A stretch of 64,000 nucleotides of DNA from contig JAGDXS010000019.1 of the NCBI GenBank assembly GCA_023261755.1, positions 653-64,652 on the forward strand, in the 5' to 3' direction. Origin of the DNA: Thermoplasmata archaeon (GTDB taxonomy: Archaea; Thermoplasmatota; Thermoplasmata; Thermoplasmatales; ARK-15). Shown here in pieces: positions 46,349 to 57,753 of the stretch (its first letter is position 1; each line of letters opens with the position of its first letter). The translations under genes were made by a program, and so were the position numbers. Below the pieces are notes generated by a model. It was given only the letters and a program-made list of their open reading frames with translations, did not search any database and had not been told where the DNA came from.

Positions 46349-47261
46349 AACACCTGCTAAAGCAATACTATTCGGTGAACATGCTGTGGTATATGGCGAA
46401 CCTGCCATAGCCATGGCTATTGATTTATATTCCCATGTTGAAGTTTCAAAATCAGAAGAATTTTTGGTGGATGGCTCACCCCCAGAACCCAGATACCATT
46501 CCTACATTATTAAAGCATATGAAATGTCAGGTTTAAAGGAAAAGGTAAATATTAAGATAAGAAGCCATCTGTCTGCATCAAGCGGTCTCGGTTCTTCTGC
46601 ATCTGTTACGGTTGGCACCATTTCCACACTCTTTGCCCTGAAGGGAGAATGGTCAAAGACTGAGATAGCAAAAACATCCTTTGATGTTGAATATGCAGTC
46701 CAGGGACGTGCAAGCCCTGTTGATACATCCACAGTAACAGCAGGGGGCTTTGTGATAGTATCAAGGGAATCATACGGAAAGCCTATCTGGGAAATTGAAA
46801 AAAATGGTATTAAATGGTACGTTTCAAGTCTTAAAAATTTAAACCAGGAATTTATAATTGCTAATTCTGGCGTAAGAGGATCTACTGGAAATCTTGTTCA
46901 GAAAGTTTATAATTTCGTATCAAAAAATTCATTTGGTATGGATATCATTAGAGAGATTGGAAAAATATCTATGGAATCTATAAAATATCTAGAGGAAAGA
47001 AATCTTGAAAAAATAGGGGAACTCATGAATAGAAATAATAAGCTACTTACGATTCTTGGAGTTGGGCACGAAAAAACATCAAAAATAATAGATTCAGTCA
47101 AGGACTTTTCATATGGCGCCAAGATAACAGGTGCGGGCGGTGGAGGATCCGTTATAATTCTTCCAAAAAATGAGGAAAAGGTAAAAGAAATATTAGAAAG
47201 ATCAAAAATTAAATATTATTTAGTAAGGCCAGACCTCAATGGTGTGGTATTAATCAATTGA
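46338..47261 (+). CDS. mvk: mevalonate kinase (GHMP kinase)
   Basis: 307 aa; [31 protein letters not shown]. Confidence 0.85.
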   Translation: MISRTPAKAILFGEHAVVYGEPAIAMAIDLYSHVEVSKSEEFLVDGSPPEPRYHSYIIKAYEMSGLKEKVNIKIRSHLSASSGLGSSASVTVGTISTLFALKGEWSKTEIAKTSFDVEYAVQGRASPVDTSTVTAGGFVIVSRESYGKPIWEIEKNGIKWYVSSLKNLNQEFIIANSGVRGSTGNLVQKVYNFVSKNSFGMDIIREIGKISMESIKYLEERNLEKIGELMNRNNKLLTILGVGHEKTSKIIDSVKDFSYGAKITGAGGGGSVIILPKNEEKVKEILERSKIKYYLVRPDLNGVVLIN

Positions 47262-49652
47262 AATTCTTGTGATAGCTATCACCCTATCATTTTCTTTTAT
47301 ATCCATTAGCTTAACACCGGCTGCATTCCTACCATGTTCAGGTATCTGTTCAACGCTCAGTTGTATAGTCATTCCAAGCATAGTTTGTATCATTATTATA
47401 TCATTCTTTTCCACCCTTATCGCAGAAACGAGCTTTCCGGTCGCATCAGAAATTCTCTGGCCCTTTACCCCATGGGTGCCTCTGTGCGTTTTTCTGTATT
47501 CTGAGCATTTTGTGATCTTTCCCTTGCCAAGTTCTGTTACAGTCAAAATATAATCATCATCTTCCGCAATTGTTAGAGAAAGTACCTCATCCCTTTCCCT
47601 GAGCCTTATGCCTCTTACACCATAACCCTTTCTTCCCATGGCTCTTAAATCCTTTGACTGGAATTTTACAATCTGCCCGTTCTTTGTGGCTATGATCACA
47701 TATTTGTTGTCGTCAGTAAGAGCTACATCGACAATGGAATCATCCCTTAGGGTAATTGCTATAATACCCTTTGACATTGGATTTGAAAAATTCCTAAGTG
47801 GCGTTTTTTTCACAATACCATTTTTAGTGAGGAATAGAACGAATCTATCATCAAAATCTTTCACAGGCAAAATTTTCTGCACTTTTTCATCATCTTCAAG
47901 GTTAATGTAATTCCTTATATTCTTTCCTACTGCTTTCCTTGACGTTTGAATGATCTTGTATGTTTTGAGCCAGTAAACCCTTCCCTTGTTTGTGAAGAAT
48001 AGAAGATAATCCCTGTTATTTGAAACCATGATTTGCTTTGGAAAATCTCCTTCACCATATTCTGTAATAACACCACTACCACCTCTTCCCTGTGATCTGT
48101 ACTCATCTAGAGGTATCCTTTTTATGTAGCCGTTTGTGGTGAACGTAACAAGCATATCTATTGGTGGAATAAGGTCCTCAATGTCTCTTTTTGTCACATC
48201 CTCTTTAATTATTTCCGTTTTTCTTTCATCACCATATTTTTTCTTAATTTCCAACAATTCATCTTCCATTATTTTATAAATTTTATCATCGTGTTCTAAA
48301 ATATCTTTGAGGCGGGATATTTCTTCCCTAAGTTCTTTTTCCTCATTTATTATTGATTCCCTCTCCAATGCTGTCAATCTCTGCAATCTTAGATCTAATA
48401 TTGCCTTTGCCTGGATTTCACTAAGCTTGAAATTTGAAATCAATGAATTTTTTGCTTCATTGTAATCTTTAGAATTTCTTATAAGTGAAATTACAGCATC
48501 TAGGTTGTCAAGGGCTATGAGATATCCCTGTAAGATATGTTCCCTCTCCTCATCCTTTCTCAATATAAAAGAAATCCTTTTTTTAATCACGTTGAACCTG
48601 TGCTTGACAAACTCAGTTATGAGGTCTTTAAGATTGAATGTTTTTGGCACATTATCAACAAGGGCAAGATTTATGATTCCGTATGAAACTTCCAGCTGCG
48701 TATGCTCAAAAAGTTGATTCAATACAATTTCTGGGTTCGTATCCTTCTTCAGCTTTAAAACTATTCTTATACCAGTTTTATCAGATTCATCCTTTATGTT
48801 CTGAATGCCTGTAATTCTTTCATTTTTTACAAGCTCCGATATTTTCTGCAAAAGTTCTGATTTGTTCACCTCATAAGGTATTTCAGTGAAAATAATTTCA
48901 TCGTATTTTTCCCCCTCTTCAATTGTATATTTTCCCCTTATTCTAATTGTACCCCTACCAGTTTTGTATGCTTCAATCAAGCCAGAATAGTTAAGTATCG
49001 ATCCCCCTGTGGGAAAATCTGGACCCTTTATGAATTGCATGAGATCTTCAATGCTGCAATTCATATTTTTTATGTAGTAAACAGTAGCATCTATAACCTC
49101 GTTTAGATTGTGAGGTGGCATATTTGTTGCCATACCAACGGCTATGCCAGAGCTGCCGTTAACAAGCAGATTAGGGAATTTAGCCGGCAGGACCATAGGT
49201 TCCATTAAAGATCCATCGAAATTCTGCATCATTGGAACAGTCTCTTTATCAATATCATCGAGCAATTCCTCAGCAATTTTTTTAAGCCTTGCCTCCGTGT
49301 ACCTCATTGCTGCAGGAGAATCGCCATCTATGCTACCAAAATTCCCCTGCCCATCAACTAAAGTATATCTTAAAGAGAATGGCTGCGCCATCCTAACAAG
49401 AGCATCATATATGGGTGCCTCACCATGTGGATGGTATTTACCCATTACTTCTCCAACAATCCTAGCGCATTTTTTAAATGGTTTATCGTGTGTCAAATTC
49501 ATCTCATACATGGAATATAGGATCCTTCTCTGAACCGGTTTAAGCCCATCCCTAACATCTGGGAGGGATCTGCCTACAATAACACTCATTGCATAATCCA
49601 TGTAGGAATGCTTCATTTCCTCTTCAATTGGTTTAATATCTAACTGTGGCAT
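47250..49652 (-). CDS. gyrA: DNA gyrase subunit A
   Basis: 800 aa; [12 protein letters not shown], active-site Tyr context [11 protein letters not shown]-terminal beta-pinwheel repeats. Confidence 0.95.
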   Translation of the reverse strand: MPQLDIKPIEEEMKHSYMDYAMSVIVGRSLPDVRDGLKPVQRRILYSMYEMNLTHDKPFKKCARIVGEVMGKYHPHGEAPIYDALVRMAQPFSLRYTLVDGQGNFGSIDGDSPAAMRYTEARLKKIAEELLDDIDKETVPMMQNFDGSLMEPMVLPAKFPNLLVNGSSGIAVGMATNMPPHNLNEVIDATVYYIKNMNCSIEDLMQFIKGPDFPTGGSILNYSGLIEAYKTGRGTIRIRGKYTIEEGEKYDEIIFTEIPYEVNKSELLQKISELVKNERITGIQNIKDESDKTGIRIVLKLKKDTNPEIVLNQLFEHTQLEVSYGIINLALVDNVPKTFNLKDLITEFVKHRFNVIKKRISFILRKDEEREHILQGYLIALDNLDAVISLIRNSKDYNEAKNSLISNFKLSEIQAKAILDLRLQRLTALERESIINEEKELREEISRLKDILEHDDKIYKIMEDELLEIKKKYGDERKTEIIKEDVTKRDIEDLIPPIDMLVTFTTNGYIKRIPLDEYRSQGRGGSGVITEYGEGDFPKQIMVSNNRDYLLFFTNKGRVYWLKTYKIIQTSRKAVGKNIRNYINLEDDEKVQKILPVKDFDDRFVLFLTKNGIVKKTPLRNFSNPMSKGIIAITLRDDSIVDVALTDDNKYVIIATKNGQIVKFQSKDLRAMGRKGYGVRGIRLRERDEVLSLTIAEDDDYILTVTELGKGKITKCSEYRKTHRGTHGVKGQRISDATGKLVSAIRVEKNDIIMIQTMLGMTIQLSVEQIPEHGRNAAGVKLMDIKENDRVIAITRISID

Positions 49653-49662
49653 TCAATCACCC

Positions 49663-51636
49663 TCAAATATCAAGGTTCATTACTTCCCTAGCATGTTTTA
49701 TTATATATTCTCTTCTGGGCTCTACCTGATCACCCATCAAAAGAGAAAATAGTCTGTCAGCTTCAGATGCTGTTTCAATATCTATCTTTAGAATTCTTCT
49801 TGTATCCGGGTTCATTGTTGTTTCCCAAAGTTGCTGTGGATTCATTTCACCAAGACCCTTGAACCTTTGAACAATTGCATTCTCTCCCATTTCCTTTATA
49901 AGTGCATCTTTTTCTTCATCTGAATATACATATCTAACATCATTTCCCTTCTGAATTCTATACAACGGAGGTTGTGCAATATATATGTGGCCCTGATTAA
50001 CAAGTTCTTTCATGTACCTATAAAAGAAAGTAAGTAAAAGTGTTCTAATATGAGCACCATCAACATCTGCATCCGTCATTATTATAATTTTTCCATACCT
50101 CAATTTGTTTATGTCAAAATCATCATTTATGCCTGTACCAATTGCTGAAATTAAAGCTTTTATTTCATCACTTCTAAAAGCCCTGTCAACGTTTGCTTTT
50201 TCGACATTAAGTATTTTACCCCTCAATGGAAGTATTGCTTGAAATTCTCTATTCCTTGCCTGCTTTGCAGAGCCTCCAGCACTGTCACCCTCCACTATGA
50301 AAATCTCTGTCTTTTCCTTATCTTCAATTGAACAATCTGCAAGCTTTCCAGGCAGATCCAGAATATCAAGGAGATTTTTCCTTCTAACAAGGTCCCTTGC
50401 CTTCCTTGCTGCTTCCCTAGCCATTGCAGTATTCAAGACCTTTGCAATGATTGACTTTGCACTTGCAGGATGTTCCTCAAGGTATTTTTTCATGTGTTTC
50501 AAGGTCATTGAATAAACTATGCCTTTAACTTCACTATTTCCTAATTTAGTTTTAGTCTGGCCTTCAAATTGGGGTTCAGGATGTTTTACAAGAATTACAG
50601 CTGTAAGACCCTCCCTAACGTCCTCACCAGTTATTGTTAAATTTTTCAGTAAATTATTTTCCTTTGCATAATCATTCAATACCTTTGTGATGCCAGTTTT
50701 AAATCCTACAACATGCGTTCCACCATCTTCAGTTTGAATATCATTTACATATCCAAGCACAGTTTCATAGGTTTGATCATTATATTGAAGTGCAATTTCA
50801 ACCTGGATCTGGCTTTCCTCATCAGAAAAATATGCAACATCATTGTGAATTGGTTGAACTCCTTCATTGAGGAATTTTACAAATTCTACTATACCACCAT
50901 CATACTTGAATTCATCCACATTTCCATTTCTTAAATCCTTAAGAACAATTCTTAACCCTTTATTTAAGAAGGCCATGCTTCTCAATTTTCCCTTCACAAT
51001 GTCATAATTGAAATTCTTTGTTTCAAAAATTTCAGGGTCAGGCTTAAAATAAACAAATGTTCCCGTTTGAGATTCCAGCTCAAGTTCAATCTTATCATCA
51101 ATTTTTATTTTACCTTTTTCTATCTGACCAAGTTCCACAATATCAGATTTTTTCTGGCCTCTTTCATATTCCTGGGAATATATTTTTCCATCCCTTTTTA
51201 CAATTATTCTGAAATATTCTGAGAGAAAATTTACCACATGAATTCCTACACCATGAAGCCCTCCGGAAACTTTATAGACCTTTTTATCAAATTTTGCGCC
51301 AGAATGGAGCTCTGTTAAAACTATTTCCAGAGCAGGCTTATTGTAAAGAGGATGTATATCGACAGGTATTCCTCTTCCATCATCCTCAACGCTAGCACTG
51401 CCGTCTGGATAAAGCTTTACAATAATATTTTTGCATACACCTGCAAGTGCCTCATCTATACTGTTATCTACCACCTCAAGAAGAAGGTGGTGAAGACCTT
51501 TTTCGTCCGTACTTCCTATGTACATTCCAGGCCTTTTTCTTACCGCTTCAGTATCATTTAAGACCTGGATATCCTCTGCCTTGTAAGACATATTTCCATT
51601 TTCCATATCTTTTCCTCTCTCAATTCCATATTTCAT
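49663..51636 (-). CDS. gyrB: DNA gyrase subunit B
   Basis: EAVRKRPGMYIG, GGLHGVG, EGDSAGG, PLRGKILNVE, DADVDGAHI. The true start may be an internal Met (MENGNMSYKAEDIQVL, about 51606). Confidence 0.95.
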   Translation of the reverse strand: MKYGIERGKDMENGNMSYKAEDIQVLNDTEAVRKRPGMYIGSTDEKGLHHLLLEVVDNSIDEALAGVCKNIIVKLYPDGSASVEDDGRGIPVDIHPLYNKPALEIVLTELHSGAKFDKKVYKVSGGLHGVGIHVVNFLSEYFRIIVKRDGKIYSQEYERGQKKSDIVELGQIEKGKIKIDDKIELELESQTGTFVYFKPDPEIFETKNFNYDIVKGKLRSMAFLNKGLRIVLKDLRNGNVDEFKYDGGIVEFVKFLNEGVQPIHNDVAYFSDEESQIQVEIALQYNDQTYETVLGYVNDIQTEDGGTHVVGFKTGITKVLNDYAKENNLLKNLTITGEDVREGLTAVILVKHPEPQFEGQTKTKLGNSEVKGIVYSMTLKHMKKYLEEHPASAKSIIAKVLNTAMAREAARKARDLVRRKNLLDILDLPGKLADCSIEDKEKTEIFIVEGDSAGGSAKQARNREFQAILPLRGKILNVEKANVDRAFRSDEIKALISAIGTGINDDFDINKLRYGKIIIMTDADVDGAHIRTLLLTFFYRYMKELVNQGHIYIAQPPLYRIQKGNDVRYVYSDEEKDALIKEMGENAIVQRFKGLGEMNPQQLWETTMNPDTRRILKIDIETASEADRLFSLLMGDQVEPRREYIIKHAREVMNLDI

Positions 51637-51659
51637 ACTGAAATAAAAATCTTTCTACC

Positions 51660-52295
51660 TTATATCTTGATTCCAACTGTGAAAAGGTTTACCATATTAT
51701 ATGATTTTTTTAATATTAATCTTTTAATTAGCCTTTTTTCAAATTTTATTATTTTAAAATTATTAAAAAGATTTAAAAATTCTTCTTCTTCAAAATAGTG
51801 TGTAAATATTCCATTACCCCTTAAAAATGTGTTTTTTTCTATTTCATTGCCCTTTCCATATCTAAAATCTTCTGTTGAAAATGATAATGCAAAAATGTAA
51901 CCTTTTTTCTTTAAAACCCTAAAAAGTTCCTGAATTGCAATTTTTCTTTTATCCATGAGAATATGGTCAAGAATATGAAAAGCTATTACTGCATCAAATG
52001 TATCATCTTTAAAAGGTAATTCAGTTACATCCCCCAATATTTTTTCAGTAGCCAAAGAAGAATTTCTTAGTGAATTCATAGAAAAGTCCAAAAGAATAAT
52101 TTTAAAGTCTTTTTCATAGGATAATGAACTTTTGCCTGTTCCTGAACCTGCATCCAAAATTAATGATCCCTTATTCAATAAATCATAAATATCAGGAATT
52201 TCATTTTTTCCTTTCCACGGATTTTCATGCATTCTATAGAATTTTTCCCATGATTTTCTTTCAAGTTTCATAAGCATAACGCTGTGATCTTGCAT
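51660..52295 (-). CDS. class I SAM-dependent methyltransferase
   Basis: 211 aa; motif I ILDAGSGTGK and post-I ILLDFS. Confidence 0.75.
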   Translation of the reverse strand: MQDHSVMLMKLERKSWEKFYRMHENPWKGKNEIPDIYDLLNKGSLILDAGSGTGKSSLSYEKDFKIILLDFSMNSLRNSSLATEKILGDVTELPFKDDTFDAVIAFHILDHILMDKRKIAIQELFRVLKKKGYIFALSFSTEDFRYGKGNEIEKNTFLRGNGIFTHYFEEEEFLNLFNNFKIIKFEKRLIKRLILKKSYNMVNLFTVGIKI

Positions 52296-53910
52296 ACAAT
52301 TTTCTCCACAATAATCTGTTTAACACTACAACTGTAAGCGCCATGAATATAACATAAATTATATTAAGCATCACATTGCCTTGAACATATGTGGCATAAT
52401 CTATTAGATAGCCTATGCCCAATACTGAGTATGTGACACCGTTTATAAATAGGTATTCCGACACAATCAAAGCATTCCATCCACCGCCCCAACCTGTAAT
52501 GCTTCCTGTAATTATTGGAGGATATATACCTGGGAGTAGAACCTTTTTTATGTATTGCCACTTTGAAAATTTGAATGCTTTTGATACAGCATCATAATCA
52601 GCAGGGAAAGAGCTTATACCTGAAAGTGCATTAAAAAGTATGTACCATTGCATGCCAGTCATGATTAACAATATAGATGCAAGATTTATTCCAAAAGGTG
52701 TTTTAATAAGTATTAACACAAAGAATGGAAATAGAGCTGTGGCTGGTATGGATGCAGCTATTTCAAATATTGGATTGAGTATTTTTTCAGCCCTTCTGTG
52801 AAATTTAATATATATTACCACAGGGATTATCCAAAGCAATGAAAGGGCGTACGCAATAGCTAGCCTGGCTATTGAAAGTAAAATTGCCAATGGTACAGGA
52901 TATATGGCTGAAATTGGAACATTTATGTATATGCCTTTTCTTAATGATACACCAAGGGCATAGCCTATGAATCCGAAAATGAGAATCAAGGCTGCATATC
53001 CTAAATATCTTTTATTTCTCCATAATTTAACAAAAAATCTGAAATGTCTCCCTTTAAGGGATCTGTTCATTCTAAACCTGAAAAATTTGAACATGAAATC
53101 CATGGAAGGCATGTAATCCAGAATCTTTGCAAGATAAAACTTCTTTGTTATCTGTTCCTCGGAAAGAGATTCATACTTGTATTTTTCAGAAGCCTTTGAA
53201 AGAGGTCTCCATATTAAAATATCCATTGCTACTATTATAACAATTAGGGTGGCTAAGGCGAGCAATCCGTATTCCAGCTTTCCACTTTCAACCATTTCCC
53301 ACATAAATGAGCCAAGGCCAGGAATTTTATAACTTGTATTACCAACAGATATAATTTCTGCAGCAAATAGGAAATACCATCCTCCTGCCCAGGACATCAT
53401 GCTGTTATAAACAAGCCTTGGTATCATTGCAGGATAATAAAGAATTCTAAATCTTCTCATTCCTTTCAATTTAAAAACGTTCGCTGCATCTTTTATATCA
53501 TTTGGTATTGTAAGTATACTTTCATATACACCGAATGCCATATTCCATGCCTGGCTTGTGAAAATTAGAATAATGGATGCTAATTCAACTCCAACAGCCG
53601 TTGGCAAATAAATTATAAGAAGATATATTGCAATTGGGAAAAAGCCTAGAATTGGAATACTTTGTAAAATATCAAGAATTGGGATCATTATTCTTTCCGC
53701 TTTTTTGTTTGTTGCAGCATAAAGTCCATAGAGTATTGAAAAAATTAATGAAAGTATATAAGCTGCCAACATCCTCGAGAAAGAAAATGATGCATATACC
53801 CAGACCCTCAACACAAGGGATGGCGGAAACATGGCATAAAATGCTACTACTAGGAGAATCCCTATTTCGATAAGGGCATATTTTCTTATAATTCCAGCCA
53901 TCCCTATCAT
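52261..53910 (-). CDS. duplicated (fused two-domain) ABC transporter permease
   Basis: 549 aa; two EAA-type loops: DIKDAANVFKLKGMRRFRILYYPAMIP and DYDAVSKAFKFSKWQYIKKVLLPGIYP. Confidence 0.8.
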   Translation of the reverse strand: MIGMAGIIRKYALIEIGILLVVAFYAMFPPSLVLRVWVYASFSFSRMLAAYILSLIFSILYGLYAATNKKAERIMIPILDILQSIPILGFFPIAIYLLIIYLPTAVGVELASIILIFTSQAWNMAFGVYESILTIPNDIKDAANVFKLKGMRRFRILYYPAMIPRLVYNSMMSWAGGWYFLFAAEIISVGNTSYKIPGLGSFMWEMVESGKLEYGLLALATLIVIIVAMDILIWRPLSKASEKYKYESLSEEQITKKFYLAKILDYMPSMDFMFKFFRFRMNRSLKGRHFRFFVKLWRNKRYLGYAALILIFGFIGYALGVSLRKGIYINVPISAIYPVPLAILLSIARLAIAYALSLLWIIPVVIYIKFHRRAEKILNPIFEIAASIPATALFPFFVLILIKTPFGINLASILLIMTGMQWYILFNALSGISSFPADYDAVSKAFKFSKWQYIKKVLLPGIYPPIITGSITGWGGGWNALIVSEYLFINGVTYSVLGIGYLIDYATYVQGNVMLNIIYVIFMALTVVVLNRLLWRKLYARSQRYAYET

Positions 53911-53946
53911 TTACCCTCATAGGAGCAATTTAATATAATTTTCCAT

Positions 53947-54684
53947 TTGCATCATAAAAAATTTAAAATCATGGAAGAAAATACCAATTTCATGGTAAAT
54001 GAAATGATCACAAGGGCAGACAAGTTATACGACAAAGAAATGCTTGATCAGGCGCTAGAACTCTACCTAGAAGCATTAAAAAATGCAGATGAAATCGATA
54101 AGCAATACCTTTTAAGAAAGATTGCTGAATGTTATTTTTATAAAGAAAATGCTGATATTGATAAGGCAATAGAATATGAAAATGAGCTTATGAAATTAAA
54201 GGATGGCGAAAGTTTACAAAAAGAGAAGATATTTTATGCAACCATCCTTGCTGAAAAAGATAAGGATCAGGCCAAGAAGATTCTTCTTGATTTATTAAAT
54301 GAGGCAAAATCAAATAAGGAAATTTTACCAGAAATCTACAATACACTGGGGTTGATTGAATGGGGAACAGAAGAATCTGAGAAGTATTTTCAATCTGCAA
54401 TGGAAGAGGCAAAAAAGACAAAGGATCTTGAAAATTATATTCTTGCATTGCAGAACCTAGCATACATGGAAATTGAAAAGGGCAACAGGATGAAGGCATT
54501 TGATTATCTCAAAAATGCCATGGATGCAGTTGATGATGTAATGAAATCATTACCAAAAACAAAAAGGAAGGAGTTCAAAGAATCGTATGCAGATCTTTAT
54601 GACCAGGCAGCTAATCTTGCCCTAGATATGGAAGATTTTGACCTTGCCATGGAGATAGCTCAGAGGGGAAAGAATTTAAATTAA
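53947..54684 (+). CDS. TPR-repeat protein
   Basis: 245 aa; repeated A..Y/L..A helical-hairpin pattern (ALELYLEALK, YNTLGLIEW, LQNLAYMEIEKGN). Confidence 0.6.
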   Translation: MHHKKFKIMEENTNFMVNEMITRADKLYDKEMLDQALELYLEALKNADEIDKQYLLRKIAECYFYKENADIDKAIEYENELMKLKDGESLQKEKIFYATILAEKDKDQAKKILLDLLNEAKSNKEILPEIYNTLGLIEWGTEESEKYFQSAMEEAKKTKDLENYILALQNLAYMEIEKGNRMKAFDYLKNAMDAVDDVMKSLPKTKRKEFKESYADLYDQAANLALDMEDFDLAMEIAQRGKNLN

Positions 54685-55385
54685 AGATTAAAATTTTCTT
54701 TTACCATTTCCCATAGCTTTTCCACTACATACTCATTTATTTTTCTTCCAAGTTCTGGAGATGATCCATTTGGATCGCTTAAAGTTCCTTCTGGATAGAT
54801 AGAGCTGTAATTGGAAATTACCATGAATTTTCCTTTTCCATTGTATGTAAATTTAAAATCTTTTTTTACGAGATCTGGTCTAATTGCCATCATTCTTGAT
54901 GTTTCAATAATTCCTGCATGTGAATCATTTGCTGGTACGAGTTTCGATCTTAGTTCATAGGCAATGTCATAATCTGAAAGAAACATAATTTTCACTGGTT
55001 CCTTTTCAACGATTTCATTGGCTGCATCTCTTATTGCTGCCATATGTATTGAACTAGCATGGCCTGAAATTATAAGTATGTTCTTTACACCATCATCCAC
55101 AACCTTGCTCAAAATGTCAAATACTAGGTTATACAAAGTGCTATACCTTATGGAAATTGTACCCTTATAATCCTTTAACTCTGTGTAACCATAATAAATT
55201 GGAGGCAAAATCAAAGAATTGCATTTTTTCGCAATTTCTTCAGAAACATAAATTGCCTGTGCAGAATCTGAATTCAATGGCAAATGATATCCATGCTCTT
55301 CAACAGAACCTATGGGCAGGATCACAAGCAATTTATCATTTATTTTCTCTTCAATTTCTTTAAATGTAAGATCATGCCAATACAT
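54681..55385 (-). CDS. creatininase-family amidohydrolase (possibly ArfB-type deformylase)
   Basis: 234 aa; PIGSVEEHGYHLPLNSD, ISGHAS, SHAGIIETS. Confidence 0.7.
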   Translation of the reverse strand: MYWHDLTFKEIEEKINDKLLVILPIGSVEEHGYHLPLNSDSAQAIYVSEEIAKKCNSLILPPIYYGYTELKDYKGTISIRYSTLYNLVFDILSKVVDDGVKNILIISGHASSIHMAAIRDAANEIVEKEPVKIMFLSDYDIAYELRSKLVPANDSHAGIIETSRMMAIRPDLVKKDFKFTYNGKGKFMVISNYSSIYPEGTLSDPNGSSPELGRKINEYVVEKLWEMVKENFNL

Positions 55386-55481
55386 AATTTTTTAATAGTA
55401 AAATTACTTTAAATATTTTTTCATGGGCAATAAATAAATAGATTATATTCAATATACTATTAATCAAAGGAAGTGATTAAA

Positions 55482-56771
55482 ATGTCAAATGTTGAAGAAG
55501 CATTAAAAGTAAGGGACCTTGCAATGCAGCATAATAAATTTTTTGAAGAATCTATACCTCTCATAGCTAGTGAAAATGTTCTCTCACCTCTTGCAAAGGA
55601 GATGCTTTTAACCGATTTGTCTTCAAGATATGCAGAGGGGTTGCCAGGAAAGAGGTATTACCAGGGTAATTATTATGTTGATCAAATTGAAATTCTCACA
55701 ACTGAACTAGCAAAAAAGCTATTCAATACTGATTATGTTGATGTGAGGCCCATATCGGGCACAAATGCAAACCAGGCGGTTGTTTTTGCACTTTCTAACC
55801 CTGGAGATGTGATTACAACAATACCGTTGGCAAGTGGTGCGCATATTTCAAGTGCAAAGTTTGGTACAGTAGGATTCAGGGGACTTAATCCAATTTCACT
55901 GCCTTTTGATACTGAAATCATGAATATTGATGTAGATCTTGCAATAAAAGTAATAAAGCTTGTTAAGCCAAAAATTGCCCTGTTCGGTCAGTCTGTATTT
56001 CTATTTCCAACGCCATTGAAAGATCTTAAGGATGCTTTAAATGAAGCTGGATCTTATATATGGTATGATGGAGCCCATGTCCTAGGCCTCATTGCAGGAA
56101 AAAGGTTCCAGGATCCCCTTAGAGAGGGGGCACATGTAGTATCAGGAAGCACACATAAAACTTTACCCGGCCCACAGAGGGGTATCATATTAGGCAATCC
56201 AAAGGAGGAAGACATGTGGGACAAGATCCAGAGGGCAGTTTTTCCAGGAGTAATAAGCAATCACCATCTAAATACAATGGCCGCCTTAGGAATAACACTT
56301 GCTGAGCACCTTGAATTTGGAGAAAGTTATGCAGATCAAGTAATTAGGAATGCGAAAAAATTGGCTCAAACTTTGCATGAATTTGGATTTAAAGTACTGG
56401 GTGAAAAGGCAGGATTTACGCAGAGCCATACAATTCTTGTAGATGTTTGGCAGCAGGGCGGAGGAAGAAGGATAGCTGAAGATTTGGAAAAAGCAAACAT
56501 TGTTTTGAATATGAACTTACTTCCCTATGATGATCAATCTAAACCAAGGCATCCGGGAGGCATAAGAATAGGAACTCAGGAGGTCACAAGAATAGGCATG
56601 AGAGAATCAGAAATGGTCCAGATAGCCCACCTCATCAAAGAAGTTGCAATGGATAAAAAAGATCCATTAAGGGTTAAGGATGAAGTAAAGGAGCTTAAAT
56701 CCCAATTCAAGACAGTAAAATATTGCTTTAACGATAATTTCGAAGCATATAAGTACATAAAGCTGGTTTGA
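55482..56771 (+). CDS. glyA: serine hydroxymethyltransferase
   Basis: LIASENV; PLP-Lys context SGSTHKTLPGPQRG. ATG 55482 is taken as the start; the ORF-track start at 55473 is a GTG. Confidence 0.95.
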   Translation: MSNVEEALKVRDLAMQHNKFFEESIPLIASENVLSPLAKEMLLTDLSSRYAEGLPGKRYYQGNYYVDQIEILTTELAKKLFNTDYVDVRPISGTNANQAVVFALSNPGDVITTIPLASGAHISSAKFGTVGFRGLNPISLPFDTEIMNIDVDLAIKVIKLVKPKIALFGQSVFLFPTPLKDLKDALNEAGSYIWYDGAHVLGLIAGKRFQDPLREGAHVVSGSTHKTLPGPQRGIILGNPKEEDMWDKIQRAVFPGVISNHHLNTMAALGITLAEHLEFGESYADQVIRNAKKLAQTLHEFGFKVLGEKAGFTQSHTILVDVWQQGGGRRIAEDLEKANIVLNMNLLPYDDQSKPRHPGGIRIGTQEVTRIGMRESEMVQIAHLIKEVAMDKKDPLRVKDEVKELKSQFKTVKYCFNDNFEAYKYIKLV

Positions 56772-56811
56772 AGAAAAATTTAAATATTACAATTGCTAAA
56801 TTCACCTGAGT

Positions 56812-57753
56812 ATGGAAATAACAAGGGAAGCGATGATAAGGCAAGTGCGTGCCATTTTGAAAAAGAATGGGTTTAGATTATCTTCTGAGCTTTCAACATC
56901 TAGCTCTTACGATATAATAGGAAGCAGGGGGACTGAAATATTAATTATAAAGATTCTTTACAATGTGGATACCTTGAAACCGGAAATTGCAGCAGAATTG
57001 AAACTACTTTCAAACATTCTAAAGGCAAAGGCATTAATTATTGGAGCAAGATGTGGCATAGGCTCATTGGAAGATTCAATATTATATTCAAGATACGGTA
57101 TTCCTGTGTTTAGTGTTAGAACATTTTCAGATTTTATCAATTATGATCAATATCCTATAGGTTTTGCTGCTCCAGGCGGCTTTTATGTAAAAATAAATTC
57201 AAAGATGCTTAAAGAAACAAGAGAAAAGAAGGGAATATCTTTAGGGGAACTTGCAAAAGTGGCAAATGTATCAAGGAGATCAATTCAGCTTTATGAAGAG
57301 GGTGAAACTGCAGTTTCTATTGACGTTATAATGAAAATAGAGGATTTCCTAAACGTTGATCTTATTGATACAGTTGATCCATTCCAAAACCTACCAGATA
57401 TGGATGAAATAGAAAAATTCTCTTTGCCAAAGGACAGTTTCGACAAGGAAATAGAAGATATATTCAGAAAAATGGGCACGTTCGTCTATTTCACAAGGAA
57501 ATCAAATGTAGATGGCCTCTCCAGCATCGATGATATCATGTTTTTAGGTTTTTCAAAAATGGAAGAAACGCTCATGGAAAAGGTTAGGATAATTGAAGAC
57601 ATTGCTTTCATTACTGAAAAATCTGGTTTGGTATTTACCGAAATTAAGGACGTGAATAGAAATTTGCCAATAATAAATATTAAAGAAATAGAAAAGGATG
57701 ATAAGGATTACTTAAAGAACCTCATACTTGAAAGAAGGTACAGGTATCATTGA
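56812..57753 (+). CDS. archaeal HTH (Xre/Cro-type) transcriptional regulator, ~310-aa family
   Basis: 313 aa; central HTH KKGISLGELAKVANVSRRSIQLYEEGE flanked by N- and C-terminal domains. Confidence 0.7.
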   Translation: MEITREAMIRQVRAILKKNGFRLSSELSTSSSYDIIGSRGTEILIIKILYNVDTLKPEIAAELKLLSNILKAKALIIGARCGIGSLEDSILYSRYGIPVFSVRTFSDFINYDQYPIGFAAPGGFYVKINSKMLKETREKKGISLGELAKVANVSRRSIQLYEEGETAVSIDVIMKIEDFLNVDLIDTVDPFQNLPDMDEIEKFSLPKDSFDKEIEDIFRKMGTFVYFTRKSNVDGLSSIDDIMFLGFSKMEETLMEKVRIIEDIAFITEKSGLVFTEIKDVNRNLPIINIKEIEKDDKDYLKNLILERRYRYH

